A DNA stretch of 62,731 bases from an uncultured virus (IMG/VR IMGVR_UViG_2519899798_000002) (IMGVR_UViG_2519899798_000002:62001-124731); one strand, 5' to 3'; counted from the first letter of the stretch, positions 28,405 through 39,693 are shown. Notes: generated by a model from the letters alone, not told the origin. A program made the numbers and translations.

Positions 28405-28663
28405 TTATTATAAATCCATGATATAATTCTCTTTAATCCTAAGGGAGAGAATTAAAATGGTAATGGTTTTGGGGGTTAAAAGGTGATTAATATTATTGGA
28501 GGATGAGCTAATATGGAAGTAAGAGTCGGAGGTTGATCATCTCTAGGAGCTGCCATTGTGTGGCTCTTTGACACTTATACTTAATAAAATGATAATTTTA
28601 TTCGAATTAGAAAGATTGAAAATGAAACACAAAAATAAAAAATATAAATGTTTATAAAACATG

Positions 28664-28692
28664 TAGACAAAGACAAAAAATATGTATATAAT
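28664..28692 (+). promoter_or_regulatory. sigA promoter of replication operon with embedded SPBRE
   Basis: TAGACA-N17-TATAAT. Confidence 0.8.
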
Positions 28693-28724
28693 AAAATCAA
28701 GTTAGAGGGAAGGAGGCGAATTAC

Positions 28725-29081
28725 TTGGAGGTACTTGGGATAACAGAGAAGGCATTAAGCTATTACAGAGAAAACGTTAAAGGCAATAAGACTATTACTC
28801 CTGATCAGGCCCTGTTAAAGATGATAAGGAATGTCACACTTGTCAAAGAAACTCATCCTGAGCGAGTTAAAAAACGTTTATTTTACACAGAGTATGCTTA
28901 CGGAAATATGACAATCAAGGTTAACAGAAAAAAGCAAGTGTTTGAAATTGTAAATAAATCAGGATGCTTTTCTGACCAAAATGATTGGAAGTTCCCAAAA
29001 AGAAGGTACATAGAACTTAGTAAAGAACTTGGAATCAAAGATTGTAAGATTAGTAAAATTACATATTCGAAAAAATCATAA
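28725..29081 (+). CDS. yorE: YorE-like protein
   Basis: 118 aa, first gene of replication operon. Confidence 0.6.
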   Translation: MEVLGITEKALSYYRENVKGNKTITPDQALLKMIRNVTLVKETHPERVKKRLFYTEYAYGNMTIKVNRKKQVFEIVNKSGCFSDQNDWKFPKRRYIELSKELGIKDCKISKITYSKKS

Positions 29082-29098
29082 TACAAAAATCATAATAC
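29071..29098 (+). repeat. 14-bp tandem duplication AAAAATCATAATAC
   Basis: two adjacent copies. Confidence 0.8.
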
Positions 29099-29130
29099 AC
29101 AAAAATAAAAATAGAGGATGATAATTGCAT

Positions 29131-30471
29131 ATGGCATATAAGAAAAAAGATGATATTAAAATTAACAAAAAACACGGAGGGAAAGAATTCACAAACAATT
29201 TTAGGTTTGTTGGTTTAGTTAAACCCGTAAGAAAAAAAGATCCAGAAACAGACAGTTGGTATGATGCCGAAATTTTTGAAACAACTGTTACACAAACAAA
29301 GAAAAACAGAAGGGTGCTTCAGTTTAATATCGAAACAGCACCTTATAATGAATTAAAAGTGGAACTTTCTGGAATGGAACGTGATTTAGCTTATGCTTAT
29401 AGTTCCGTACATAAAAAAACAGTTCCACTTCCATGGGCTGACCGAAACGATAAGACCAAACTACCCGATGAAACGTATCATGTCATTGCACCAGAATGGG
29501 ACGTAACTGAACAATTAGCTAAAATCGTGAAGCCTGGTATGTGGGTAGAAGTTCAAGGCCAGTACGAATTTGATTCTTTTGAAAACAACAACGGAGAAGA
29601 AATCAAATTAGTGAAACGAATCATTAAAAGAGTTTATCCATTGAAAAATGGAGAAGTTGAAATTAAAGGCGTGAAAGATGGGGATCAATTTAAAGTGTAT
29701 GACTCAGAGGAAGAGGGAATCTGGCTCGGTAGTGGAAAAGCAAAAGAAGGGGTAGCAAAAGTTAAGGTGGGTTGGTTAAATCCGGATGGTGGAGACTTAT
29801 TCATCACCAAAATTACTGACGATGGTGAGGGGAAACGTTTTAAAGTAAGTTACACTGATGATGTTGTTGAAACGGATAAGATTAAGGTGTCGAATAACAT
29901 TCAAAGTGAAGTTAGAGTAGTAGAAGCAGATGGAAAATACAGTTATGTGCCTTATGTAAGAGACTTTGCTTCTAAAGATTTTAAAGAACATAACAAATTT
30001 GAAATGCAGCTAGGGATTAAGAGTACATACCAAGATGAAGAAACAAAGGATACAAAGGTAAATGGAGTTTATCTTGATCATGGAAAAGAAAAAAGTGTTC
30101 CAAAAGATGTTGAGCTTATTGTTTATTATAAAGAACCAGAAGAAGGCAAAAAACCTTTTGCAGATGCATTTGTTGGTTTAAAGAGAGGCGATTTTCTGGT
30201 TGTTGAAGGGATCGACAATAACAGAGCACAATTTACACAAGTCGAAGTTGCAGAATCAGAGGAAGAGAATCCTTTTGAAGATGTAGGGGAAAAAGTTGCT
30301 TCTTTTGAGACAGTCTCAACTGGAACTCGAAAGGGTCTAGAAGTATTGAGATACATTGGCGGTACTTGGAAGAGCGAATTCTTATCGGAGGAAGAGATTT
30401 CTAATGAGAAAAAACCTAATGAAGATCCTTTCGCTGAAGTAACTGTAGACGATGATGACCTGCCTTTCTAA
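29131..30471 (+). CDS. putative ssDNA-binding protein (YorF position)
   Basis: acidic DDDDLPF C-terminal tail typical of SSBs. Confidence 0.7.
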   Translation: MAYKKKDDIKINKKHGGKEFTNNFRFVGLVKPVRKKDPETDSWYDAEIFETTVTQTKKNRRVLQFNIETAPYNELKVELSGMERDLAYAYSSVHKKTVPLPWADRNDKTKLPDETYHVIAPEWDVTEQLAKIVKPGMWVEVQGQYEFDSFENNNGEEIKLVKRIIKRVYPLKNGEVEIKGVKDGDQFKVYDSEEEGIWLGSGKAKEGVAKVKVGWLNPDGGDLFITKITDDGEGKRFKVSYTDDVVETDKIKVSNNIQSEVRVVEADGKYSYVPYVRDFASKDFKEHNKFEMQLGIKSTYQDEETKDTKVNGVYLDHGKEKSVPKDVELIVYYKEPEEGKKPFADAFVGLKRGDFLVVEGIDNNRAQFTQVEVAESEEENPFEDVGEKVASFETVSTGTRKGLEVLRYIGGTWKSEFLSEEEISNEKKPNEDPFAEVTVDDDDLPF

Positions 30472-30523
30472 GATAAGTTGCGATTTGCGATTTAATAATA
30501 ATTAAATTATAAGGAGAGATTGA

Positions 30524-31684
30524 ATGAGTTTCCGTAAGAAAATTAAAAATAACACACCAAAGGTTGAACTACAATCGATCATGACACTAGTAGCAGGAGG
30601 ATATAAGACAGGTAAGACACGTCTGTGGAAAGAGGTAACTGAATTACACTATTCAAACCCCGAAGAAGCTTTATTGTTGTCTTTTGAGGACGGATACGAG
30701 ACATGGCAGCTAGACAACATCGTTCCTCTCCATGATGAAGGAACAGATAAAAACCTTTGGAAAGTTTGGGATTACTTTAAAAAAACAGTTGTCCCAGAAT
30801 TAGTTCAAGAGGCAAAGACAGGGAGAATCGTTAAACTTATTGGAGTAGATACAGCAGATAGAGCAATCGATGCTTGTACAGCTTGGATTCTGTACGATAG
30901 AAATAAACGCTATGGGAAAACTTTTGAGTCACTTCAAGATATTTCTGAGTCAACTAATGGTAAAGAAAACGGATGGACAGCGCTTTATGAAGAACTAAAA
31001 AAGCCTTTTGACACATTAAAAAATGCAGGCTATGGACTGATGTTTCTGGCCTGGACAAAAGAAAAAGAAACCACCCTGTATGATGGAATGAAATATAATT
31101 CAGTTCAATTAATGATGCCCAACTCTGGAAGAAAAGTATTTGAATCACAGGCAAGTCTAATCTGCTGCTTACATAATGAAGTTTCTGTATTAGATAAACA
31201 AGGCAATGAATTAGAAGATAACATTAAAGATAAAAAAGGACGTGATAAGGCAAGTAACTTCCATGACACAAAAGTTATGATGTATTTTAGACCATCTGAG
31301 TATGTTGAAATTGCAGGCGGACGTTATACTGAACTACCTGAAAAAGTTGAATATAGCGCAGAAAACTTTTTAAAGACATTCGAGAATGCGGTGCTTGGCC
31401 AAATTAAAAAGACTAATCGAACTGTTCATGAGATAAAAAAAGAGGAAGAACAACTCAGAGAGGAAAAAGTCCAAGAGGCAGCTGAAAAAGCTGCAAATGA
31501 TCCTCAGACGTATTTAGATGAGATCACGTTTTTAGTGTCTGACCAACCACCTGCAGTGAAACGCCAGCTAGCTGATGCCTATGCAACAAAGTTTGATGGG
31601 CAAAAGAATTATAAACAACTTAATTCGGTAGAAGATCTTAAAGAAGCTTTAATAATCACTAAATCTGTACTTAATGCAGTTTAA
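30524..31684 (+). CDS. P-loop ATPase (AAA_24/Sak4-like, YorG position)
   Basis: GGYKTGKT Walker A; IGVDT Walker B. Confidence 0.75.
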   Translation: MSFRKKIKNNTPKVELQSIMTLVAGGYKTGKTRLWKEVTELHYSNPEEALLLSFEDGYETWQLDNIVPLHDEGTDKNLWKVWDYFKKTVVPELVQEAKTGRIVKLIGVDTADRAIDACTAWILYDRNKRYGKTFESLQDISESTNGKENGWTALYEELKKPFDTLKNAGYGLMFLAWTKEKETTLYDGMKYNSVQLMMPNSGRKVFESQASLICCLHNEVSVLDKQGNELEDNIKDKKGRDKASNFHDTKVMMYFRPSEYVEIAGGRYTELPEKVEYSAENFLKTFENAVLGQIKKTNRTVHEIKKEEEQLREEKVQEAAEKAANDPQTYLDEITFLVSDQPPAVKRQLADAYATKFDGQKNYKQLNSVEDLKEALIITKSVLNAV

Positions 31685-31729
31685 TAAAGGGGAGTTTTTC
31701 TCCCCTTAGTTTCTAAAAGGAGAGCGGAT

Positions 31730-32341
31730 ATGAGGGAAGTTAAATGCCAGTGGTGCGGATCTAAAGGGGTAAAAAAAGAAATGCTCTGTGAAGCAAAACC
31801 AACTGGGAAATACAATAAAAACGGCACTGAAAAGTACATAAGGAAATATTTTCACGATAAGTGTTATGTTCAATATGAGAAGGATAAAGCGTTTAAAGAA
31901 AAAGAAGCAAATGAATTTGATGAACTCTACCTATACCTTAAAGATCTACATAGACTAGAGGGATTAAGTAAGAGAATGATTGAAAGGTTACAGGATCTAA
32001 GAAATGGAACGGTTAAATATCAAAGTCAAAAAGTTAAAAGATATAAAAAAGGAGTTCCGTTTAGAGACATTTTAGACACCTATAAGTATTCAGAACAGCA
32101 ATTACATAAAGCAAGGGATTACAAACAGTTCGAATCATCTTGGCACGAATTTGCGTATTTCTTGAGTATTATAGTTAGTAACATAAATGAAGTAAAAGAA
32201 AGGAACAGACGCTTAGCACAGCAAGACTCAATTCGTACAAGCGTTATAAAAAAACAAATTCAGCTTCAGGATGAAATTGATCTTGAGGTTAAGAGGAATA
32301 AAAACAAGAAGGATGAATTAGATATTTCAAGTTTATTATAG
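31730..32341 (+). CDS. YorH-like replication protein
   Basis: N-terminal CQWC...HDKC; upstream of helicase. Confidence 0.6.
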   Translation: MREVKCQWCGSKGVKKEMLCEAKPTGKYNKNGTEKYIRKYFHDKCYVQYEKDKAFKEKEANEFDELYLYLKDLHRLEGLSKRMIERLQDLRNGTVKYQSQKVKRYKKGVPFRDILDTYKYSEQQLHKARDYKQFESSWHEFAYFLSIIVSNINEVKERNRRLAQQDSIRTSVIKKQIQLQDEIDLEVKRNKNKKDELDISSLL

Positions 32342-32351
32342 GGAGTAAGCA

Positions 32352-33863
32352 ATGACAAAACAAAAATATATAGAAGAATTTGTTGAACCCTCGCATATTC
32401 ATGAAGCTCTGTTTGTAGGTTATTTATGGTCAAATCCAATGCTTTATCAAAGATACAGAACCCATAAAGTCTCAAGTGAGACGTTCACAGAGTCCATTTG
32501 GTACTTCTATTACACAGTAGGGTCTCAGATGTTCGAAAATGGTATTAGAGACTTTGATGATAAAACAGTATATTCATTTCTAGTATCTAGACCCAAAGAA
32601 AAAAATAAAAAAAGTTATATCGACGCTTATAATGACTTTGGTGGTTTTGAATCAATAGAAGAGTTAATGAACGAATGCAAAAAAGACAGCCATAATGAGG
32701 AATACCATTTTAATGAAATTCAAAAGTATGAGAGTTTAAGAAAACTGCAGCAGGCCTCACTAATTGATATTACGAACTGCGAGTTAATCCATAAACTGAC
32801 TGCAATGACTTTAAAACAATTACAACTGTATATGCAGTATAAACATAAAGAAACCTTTGCTCACATTAATTCTGGTGATGTAATTGAACATGATCTTGTG
32901 GATGGGCTAGATGAAACAATTGAGGATTTAGATTCAGGGGAGTCTATGGGATCACCATTGCATGATTCACCTCGATTAAATAGGAAAATTAAAGGTTGGA
33001 AAGACGGTTCTCTTTATTATTTAGTCCTATCCTCCGGTGTTGGGAAAAGTTCAATTGCAATGGAAAAATTCATTTTAAGTCTTTTTGAAAACCAAGAGAA
33101 GGCGATTTTAGCTATAAACGAAGAAAGTGTAAAGAAATGGCGTTCGCTACTGCTTGCGACTATTTCATCTAAGGTTTTAAAGAAACCGATTAACAGAGAA
33201 AAATTATACGAAGGTAATTTTAAACAAGAGATGTTAAATAAATTAAATGCAGCAAAAGACTGGGCATGGGAGCGAGGACAAGGATTAATTAAAACACTGG
33301 AGTTAAAGAAGTATCGAGTAGAGGATATCCTCAGTCGTGTAGAGCTATATAGACCAAAAGGATACAACAAGCTTATAATCGATACTTTTAAACCTGATAG
33401 ATCACAAAAAGATATGGCTCGGTGGGAAGCCTTTTCAAATTCAGCACAAGAATTGCACGATTTAATAAAAGAAGATAATCAAAATGTTGGAACGTTAGCT
33501 ACAGTGCAGCTGAAGTTAGGTAAGGAAACAAGGTTTTTGGATTTGGACTCAACAGGTAAGAGTATGGAAATCAACGAGGTAGCTGCAGTTGTAATGATGG
33601 GTAGATTGCTTTTTGCAGATGAGTACACTGGTTCTAAAAGCAAATACGAGTTAAAACCGTACAACTATAAAAAAGATGGGTTAGGAAACTGGTATGAAGA
33701 AGAGTATAAGTTAGATCCTAAGAAAACATACTTAGTTCTTTTTCTAGCAAAGAACCGTTTCGGAAGTGAAGAAGAGCAGATTATATATGAAGTGAATTAC
33801 AGTATTAACTCGTTCGAAGAAGTTGCATATGTGAAGGTTCCAAGAATAGGAGGATCATTCTAA
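32352..33863 (+). CDS. DnaB-like replicative helicase (YorI position)
   Basis: SGVGKS, LIIDT, TVQL, AKNRFG motifs. Confidence 0.88.
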   Translation: MTKQKYIEEFVEPSHIHEALFVGYLWSNPMLYQRYRTHKVSSETFTESIWYFYYTVGSQMFENGIRDFDDKTVYSFLVSRPKEKNKKSYIDAYNDFGGFESIEELMNECKKDSHNEEYHFNEIQKYESLRKLQQASLIDITNCELIHKLTAMTLKQLQLYMQYKHKETFAHINSGDVIEHDLVDGLDETIEDLDSGESMGSPLHDSPRLNRKIKGWKDGSLYYLVLSSGVGKSSIAMEKFILSLFENQEKAILAINEESVKKWRSLLLATISSKVLKKPINREKLYEGNFKQEMLNKLNAAKDWAWERGQGLIKTLELKKYRVEDILSRVELYRPKGYNKLIIDTFKPDRSQKDMARWEAFSNSAQELHDLIKEDNQNVGTLATVQLKLGKETRFLDLDSTGKSMEINEVAAVVMMGRLLFADEYTGSKSKYELKPYNYKKDGLGNWYEEEYKLDPKKTYLVLFLAKNRFGSEEEQIIYEVNYSINSFEEVAYVKVPRIGGSF

Positions 33864-33877
33864 GAAGGTGGCGATTA

Positions 33878-34942
33878 ATGTCCGATCTACAAACCATTAG
33901 GGAAAGAATTTATAAGGAAGAAAAAATACAAGATGTTTTAGAAGCTCTTGGATGTTGGGGCATCAGCACCGAACAAGGAGGTAAGTTGTTTGTTGCTGGA
34001 CTTCCTGACGGTGATAATGAACGAAGTGTTCAAGTCAAAAACACACCCTCTTTAACTTCAAATATCAGAAGCAAGGGAATATCAGGATCAATATTTGATG
34101 TCATATCCTACATACTTTATGAAGCTAAATCTGAAGATGATAAAAAAGCATGCCTTTCAAAGAGCAAATTTTGGTTATGCAATAAACTAAATTATTTAGA
34201 GTACATAGATGGATTTTATAAATTAACAAAAGAAAAAGAAAAACCACAACCGAATAGATGGCTGCACAAGCTTCAGAAAAATCGTAATAAGGAAGATGGA
34301 ATAACCGATGAGAACGAAATATTGCCCGAAAGTGTTTTGGATCAGTACGGAAATATTCCGTATTTAGGATGGTATAATGAAGGATTGTCACTTAGGACAC
34401 AAAAGCTTTTTGGTGTAGGAATTGATGTAAGATCTGAACGCGTAACTTTTCCGGTACATAATAAGAGTGGTCAATTAATTGGTGTTAAAGGGCGATATAT
34501 TGGAAATGACCCAGTGGTTAATGATAAATATAAGTATCTCTATATACAGCCCTGTAATAAGTCAATTGAATTTTATAATTTACATAGAGCTCTCCCTCAC
34601 ATTAAGAGACTGAAAGAAGCAATAGTGGTCGAAGGTGGCAAAACCACCTGGTATTTAACTCAATGGGGGTTTAAAAACTGTATTTCAATTGAAGGAGACA
34701 GTATGTCTGATGAGCAAATAAGGATACTTAAAAATTTAGGGATTGGGATTAAATTTGTATTTGCATATGACAAAGACAAAGATGCCAAATTCATTGTTAA
34801 TGAGGTATCCAGGCTTACAGGCAGATTACGTTACGGAATTTATGACAAGGACAACCTTTTATCTGATAAAGATTCGCCTACAGATAAAGGATACGATGTT
34901 TGGACTTCCTTATACGAAAACAAATTTAAAATAAATAGATAG
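33878..34942 (+). CDS. DNA primase, TOPRIM domain (YorJ position)
   Basis: RVTFPV, GVKGR, VVEG, YDKD. Confidence 0.85.
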   Translation: MSDLQTIRERIYKEEKIQDVLEALGCWGISTEQGGKLFVAGLPDGDNERSVQVKNTPSLTSNIRSKGISGSIFDVISYILYEAKSEDDKKACLSKSKFWLCNKLNYLEYIDGFYKLTKEKEKPQPNRWLHKLQKNRNKEDGITDENEILPESVLDQYGNIPYLGWYNEGLSLRTQKLFGVGIDVRSERVTFPVHNKSGQLIGVKGRYIGNDPVVNDKYKYLYIQPCNKSIEFYNLHRALPHIKRLKEAIVVEGGKTTWYLTQWGFKNCISIEGDSMSDEQIRILKNLGIGIKFVFAYDKDKDAKFIVNEVSRLTGRLRYGIYDKDNLLSDKDSPTDKGYDVWTSLYENKFKINR

Positions 34943-34947
34943 GATGG

Positions 34948-36642
34948 ATGCTGTTGATTTATAAACTTATAGGGGAGAATGATTATAAAAATCCTATTTA
35001 TACAATAATAAAGAATAGAGATATTAATGCTGATACGTTCTTTAATTTAAATTCATCAGTTATAAATCATTATTCCCTATTAAATAATATGGATAAGGGC
35101 ATTAATTGTTTATTGAAACATATTGAATTAAAGAACAATATATTTATCCAAGTTGATTCTGATTGTGATGGGTATCTATCAAGCGCAATCCTAATTAATT
35201 ACCTAAATCAAGCCTTTCCTGGTACTAAAGTAAAATGGAGGCTTCATGATAAAAAAGATCATGGGGCCTCACTGGAAACAATACCAGAAGATACGCATTT
35301 GTTAATTATTCCTGATGCAGGAAGTAACCAATATGCGTTACACCAAGAGTTAAAAGAGCGGGGAATAGATACGTTAGTACTTGATCACCATGAATGTGAA
35401 AAAGAATCAAATGCTGCAATCATTATAAATAACCAGCTCTCAAATAAGTATCAGAACAAAAGACTTTCAGGTGTGGGTATTGTTTATAAATTTTGTAAAG
35501 CTTTAGATGACAAACTTGGTTTAGACTTGGCTGACAGCTTCTTAGATTTAGTTGCAATTGGGAATATTGGCGATGTAATTGACTTACGGGAACCAGAAAC
35601 ACGTTATTATGTAAAGAAGGGCTTAAAGCAAATTAAAAACCCACTGATAAAAGAAATCGTGGGCAGACAATCATTTTTCTTAGATGGAAATATAAATATA
35701 CATTTTACGGCATTCTCTATTGTTCCATTCATAAATGCAGCTATACGCTACGCAACAATGGAGGAAAAGACAGATATGATGAAGGCATTACTAGGCAGTC
35801 AAGAATCTGTTTATTATCCAAGGAAGAAAATATACGAGCCTATAGTAAAGTCAGTCGCCAGAAGAATTTCAAATACGAAGAATAGGCAGAAAAAATCACT
35901 TGAAAAACCAGTTAATGTATTAATTGAGCAGCTTATCAAAGAAAATAAAACGAATGATAAAGTAATAGTTTTAGATGTTTCCGATGAATTAAAATCCTCA
36001 TTTACAGGGCTTGTAGCTACCCAATTAGCTAAGAAGTTTAAGAGACCCGTAATGTTAGGCAGGAAAACAAAGGAAGGGAAATTTGGAGGGTCTGCAAGAG
36101 GATATGAAAAAAGTGGAATTAAAGACTTTAAAAAATTACTTACTGAAACAGGCCTTTTTAACTTTTGCGAAGGGCATGCAAATGCATTTGGTTTTGAAAT
36201 AGAAGCTGAATACTTTGAAAACTTGAGTACTCAATTAAACAGCATTATTGAAGCAGATGTTTTATTAGAAGATGTTCATGAAGTAGACTTCATTATCCCC
36301 GCTGCAGACATGGATGCTACTTTAATTAAATCTATACATAAATATAGGGACGACTGGGGATCAACAGTTGAAGAACCCCTAATAGCAATTGAAGGTATAC
36401 AAATAAATAATACTGATGTAAGAGTATACAAAAACAGAACATCAACGTTTGTTATTAATGTTGGAGAATACAAATTGACTAAACCGTACTATAAAGGCGA
36501 TTTTGATGAATTGTTTGATAATGGAGACGAAACATTTTATTTAGACGTTGTTGGTAAATGCAAGGTTAATAAATATGAAAATAAATCAGCTCCTGCAGTA
36601 GAGATAGTGGATATTGAAGTAACAGATAGCTTCTTATTTTAA
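34948..36642 (+). CDS. RecJ-like DHH ssDNA exonuclease (YorK position)
   Basis: DSDCDG, LDHH, GSAR, GHANAFG. Confidence 0.9.
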   Translation: MLLIYKLIGENDYKNPIYTIIKNRDINADTFFNLNSSVINHYSLLNNMDKGINCLLKHIELKNNIFIQVDSDCDGYLSSAILINYLNQAFPGTKVKWRLHDKKDHGASLETIPEDTHLLIIPDAGSNQYALHQELKERGIDTLVLDHHECEKESNAAIIINNQLSNKYQNKRLSGVGIVYKFCKALDDKLGLDLADSFLDLVAIGNIGDVIDLREPETRYYVKKGLKQIKNPLIKEIVGRQSFFLDGNINIHFTAFSIVPFINAAIRYATMEEKTDMMKALLGSQESVYYPRKKIYEPIVKSVARRISNTKNRQKKSLEKPVNVLIEQLIKENKTNDKVIVLDVSDELKSSFTGLVATQLAKKFKRPVMLGRKTKEGKFGGSARGYEKSGIKDFKKLLTETGLFNFCEGHANAFGFEIEAEYFENLSTQLNSIIEADVLLEDVHEVDFIIPAADMDATLIKSIHKYRDDWGSTVEEPLIAIEGIQINNTDVRVYKNRTSTFVINVGEYKLTKPYYKGDFDELFDNGDETFYLDVVGKCKVNKYENKSAPAVEIVDIEVTDSFLF

Positions 36643-36659
36643 CGGGATGAGGTGATGCC

Positions 36660-38951
36660 GTGATTATAAAACCAAAGTTAGAAACGGATATAACAAAACT
36701 ATACGAAAAACATTGGGTAAATGACTTTGATGAGATAAATACACTATTTCATAAAGATGAGCCGAAACTCTGTGTTCTTGACTCAGAGACTACAGGTTTA
36801 CATATCATTAAAGACAAACCGTTTATGTGGGTTTTTGGCTGGATGCTCCCAAAAGAAAAAAGAACAGATGAAATTAAAGGAAGGGTATTTGCTTTTGATT
36901 CTAAAGCCGAAATTCTTTTACAAGTAATTGCCCTAACAAAAAAATGTGTAATGACTGTTGGTCACAATGTAAAATACGATTTGCACATGTTAATAAACGG
37001 CGGTATTTCTGAAAAAGTTGTTTACGGGTTGAAAAATATTACAGATACAATGGGCCTTTGTAGGTTTTCCTTTGATGCTGTATCTGCACGAGACGGTGGA
37101 GATGTTTTAGGGCTTAAAAAAGTATCAGAAAAGTATATTGATCCAAAGGCAGGCGAGTTTGAGAAAGAGGTAAAGAAAGAACTACGAAAAATAAATGATG
37201 CTAAGCGAAATATATTAAAAGAATTATTAAAGCCCTATAAAGGATGGGGACTTGGAAAAATTAAAGAAGCGTACAAGGTAAAAAAGCGAAACGAAATGGA
37301 CTACTTTACAAAAGAGAAAAAGCAACGGTGGCTGAAGGTGCCTGAAGAAATTGAAAATGTGTATTTTAAATGGATGGAAGAAAATCCTTTTGCAGATTAC
37401 TCTGAAGTAGACCGAGATATAATGATGGAATATGTCCATAGTGATGGTATCTATACATTAGAGTTAGTTGAATTTACTTACCCTACAGTATTAAAAAGAA
37501 AACAAAAAGCCATTCTTGAACAAGAAAATAAACTGATAATCGAATTATTAAAAATGGAACGTGTTGGTATGAAAGTAGATATGCCTTATTTGCACAGCTG
37601 CTTTAAAAAATGTGAGGACGAAATTCAAAAACTGTATGAAGAACTATGGGGAATTGTTGGAGAATATTTCACCGTTTCTCAAGGGACAGTAATTGCTGAT
37701 TACTTTGAGAAAAAGCTTGGAGAGAGACCAGAAACAACTGATAAATCTTTTCTTAAAAAACACAAAGATGATCGTGTATCCCAATTAATTACAAGACTTA
37801 GACGACTTGAAAAGTGGCAATCGACTTATATCTCAAGGATTATTGAAGTGGCGCAATATGATAATCATTTTTATACTCAGTATGGGCAGTTTAACACTGT
37901 GTCTGGAAGGCTGGGATCAGATGCGCAGCAATTCCCTAAAGAAAGAATTCTAACAGAGGAAGGAGAGCTCTACGAGAAAGAAAATGGAGAAGGTAAGGCA
38001 CCGATTGAATATGAAATTTTCTCTCCGAGGCGAGCATTTATAGTTGAAGGAGGAAATTACAACAAAATTGCATACTTTGATTTATCACAAATAGAGTTAA
38101 GAGCACAGGCAAACTATACAGTTCTGTTGAAGAAGCCTGATTTAAACCTATGCCGAGCATATATGCCTTTTAAATGTACTCATTACATAACTGGTGAAGA
38201 GTTTCGTTTTGATACGAAAGAAGAAAGAGCAAGGTGGTATGAAAAGAAAGAAGACGGAACTTCAGTTTGGCTTCTTGAAAACGGAGAGAGCTGGACTCCC
38301 ACTGATGTCCATAGCGAAACATCACATAATACATTAATGGCATTGGCATTTAAATGTGTAGACAAGTATAAGCAATACGAACATGAAAAAGAATCTCCAG
38401 TTGATGAAAAATCTTTTAAAAAGTTCTGGAGATACATAGGAAAGATGTTTAACTTCATGCGAAACTATGGAGGCGGTGCTAAAAAAGCATCGGAAGCACT
38501 TGAAGTCTCAATGGAAATTGCTAATGCCCTTGTCTCAGGTTGGTCAAATACCTTTCCAGAGGTATCTTATTATCAGAAACAAGTTGCAGCTAAAGTACAA
38601 AAGAATAGCTATGCAACAAATATGTATGGGAGAGTTTATTTCCTTTCAAATACTGATAAAGCATACAAAGTAGGGAACTATCTTGTTCAAGGCTCATGCG
38701 CAGATATGTTAAAAGGATATGTTATTAGGATTGGGGAATTTTTAAGAGAAAACAATTGTAAAACTCTTCCCTTAGCTAATATTCATGATGAATTACAGTT
38801 TTTAGTGTACAAGGGTGAGGAATGGATTTTTCCTCATATTAAACGAATTATGGAAGACGTTGAGTGGATGCAAGTGCCTGTAGTAGTGGATTTAGAGATT
38901 ACAGAAACTACATGGGCTGATAAAAAAGAAGTCCAAATTAAAGCAGCGTAA
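36660..38951 (+). CDS. family-A DNA polymerase with 3'-5' exonuclease
   Basis: DSETTG, GHNVKYD, SGRL, DLSQIELR, RYIGKMFNFMRNYGG, IHDEL. Confidence 0.92.
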   Translation: MIIKPKLETDITKLYEKHWVNDFDEINTLFHKDEPKLCVLDSETTGLHIIKDKPFMWVFGWMLPKEKRTDEIKGRVFAFDSKAEILLQVIALTKKCVMTVGHNVKYDLHMLINGGISEKVVYGLKNITDTMGLCRFSFDAVSARDGGDVLGLKKVSEKYIDPKAGEFEKEVKKELRKINDAKRNILKELLKPYKGWGLGKIKEAYKVKKRNEMDYFTKEKKQRWLKVPEEIENVYFKWMEENPFADYSEVDRDIMMEYVHSDGIYTLELVEFTYPTVLKRKQKAILEQENKLIIELLKMERVGMKVDMPYLHSCFKKCEDEIQKLYEELWGIVGEYFTVSQGTVIADYFEKKLGERPETTDKSFLKKHKDDRVSQLITRLRRLEKWQSTYISRIIEVAQYDNHFYTQYGQFNTVSGRLGSDAQQFPKERILTEEGELYEKENGEGKAPIEYEIFSPRRAFIVEGGNYNKIAYFDLSQIELRAQANYTVLLKKPDLNLCRAYMPFKCTHYITGEEFRFDTKEERARWYEKKEDGTSVWLLENGESWTPTDVHSETSHNTLMALAFKCVDKYKQYEHEKESPVDEKSFKKFWRYIGKMFNFMRNYGGGAKKASEALEVSMEIANALVSGWSNTFPEVSYYQKQVAAKVQKNSYATNMYGRVYFLSNTDKAYKVGNYLVQGSCADMLKGYVIRIGEFLRENNCKTLPLANIHDELQFLVYKGEEWIFPHIKRIMEDVEWMQVPVVVDLEITETTWADKKEVQIKAA

Positions 38952-38970
38952 ATTGAAATAGCTAGGAGAG

Positions 38971-39693
38971 ATGAAAATTTTCAAAAAACTTATATACAAA
39001 CACAAAAAATATGTATATCATAGAATTAATGAGATGACACTTTTTGCTACAATTGGGTTGTTAGGAGTAGGACTCGTATATAGCGCTAAAAACTTGTATA
39101 CACATCAAGACAATCAAGTCTCAATAAAAGAGTCATTTTATCTAAATAAAAAAGAGGTGAGGCAAAAACTTATTCATGAAATTGACGTTCCAAGAATCCT
39201 TCCCAAGCTAAAGAGTGAGGAAGAAAAACAGGCTGAAAGTAGAAAAAAGTATCTTAATGCGAAGATTACATATCTAACAGAAGAAAATAAAAAAGCAGCA
39301 AAACATACAAAGACAAAAAAAGTGCAAAAAACCAATACAAAGAGAAATGTTGATAAAGCAGTTTCAAAAAGTACAATTGCAAAGGCAGTGAAGAGTCATG
39401 AAGTTGTTGCCACTGCTTACACAGCGTTTTGTTCTACAGGGTGCACAGGGAAAACAAGAACCGGCTATGATGTATCAAACACATCCTATTACAATGGAAA
39501 AAGAATAATTGCTGTTGATCCAGAAGTAATTCCTTTGTATTCATTAGTTAAAGTTTCATATGAAGGGAATAGCTTTCAAGCATATGCAATAGATACAGGA
39601 GGAGATATTAAAAACAATCGTATTGATATTCTGATGGACAGTGAGCAAGAAGCATGTGCATTTGGTCGTAAAAATGTAAGAGTGAGCTGGTAA
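38971..39693 (+). CDS. yorM: YorM-like 3D-domain cell-wall protein (start possibly 39034)
   Basis: ATAY, IAVDP..IP, AIDTGG.IK.NRIDI; N-terminal TM. Confidence 0.85.
   Translation: MKIFKKLIYKHKKYVYHRINEMTLFATIGLLGVGLVYSAKNLYTHQDNQVSIKESFYLNKKEVRQKLIHEIDVPRILPKLKSEEEKQAESRKKYLNAKITYLTEENKKAAKHTKTKKVQKTNTKRNVDKAVSKSTIAKAVKSHEVVATAYTAFCSTGCTGKTRTGYDVSNTSYYNGKRIIAVDPEVIPLYSLVKVSYEGNSFQAYAIDTGGDIKNNRIDILMDSEQEACAFGRKNVRVSW

Noticed and set aside
29071..29098. 14-bp tandem repeat as replication-origin iterons
   Set aside because: Only two copies; more simply a slippage duplication
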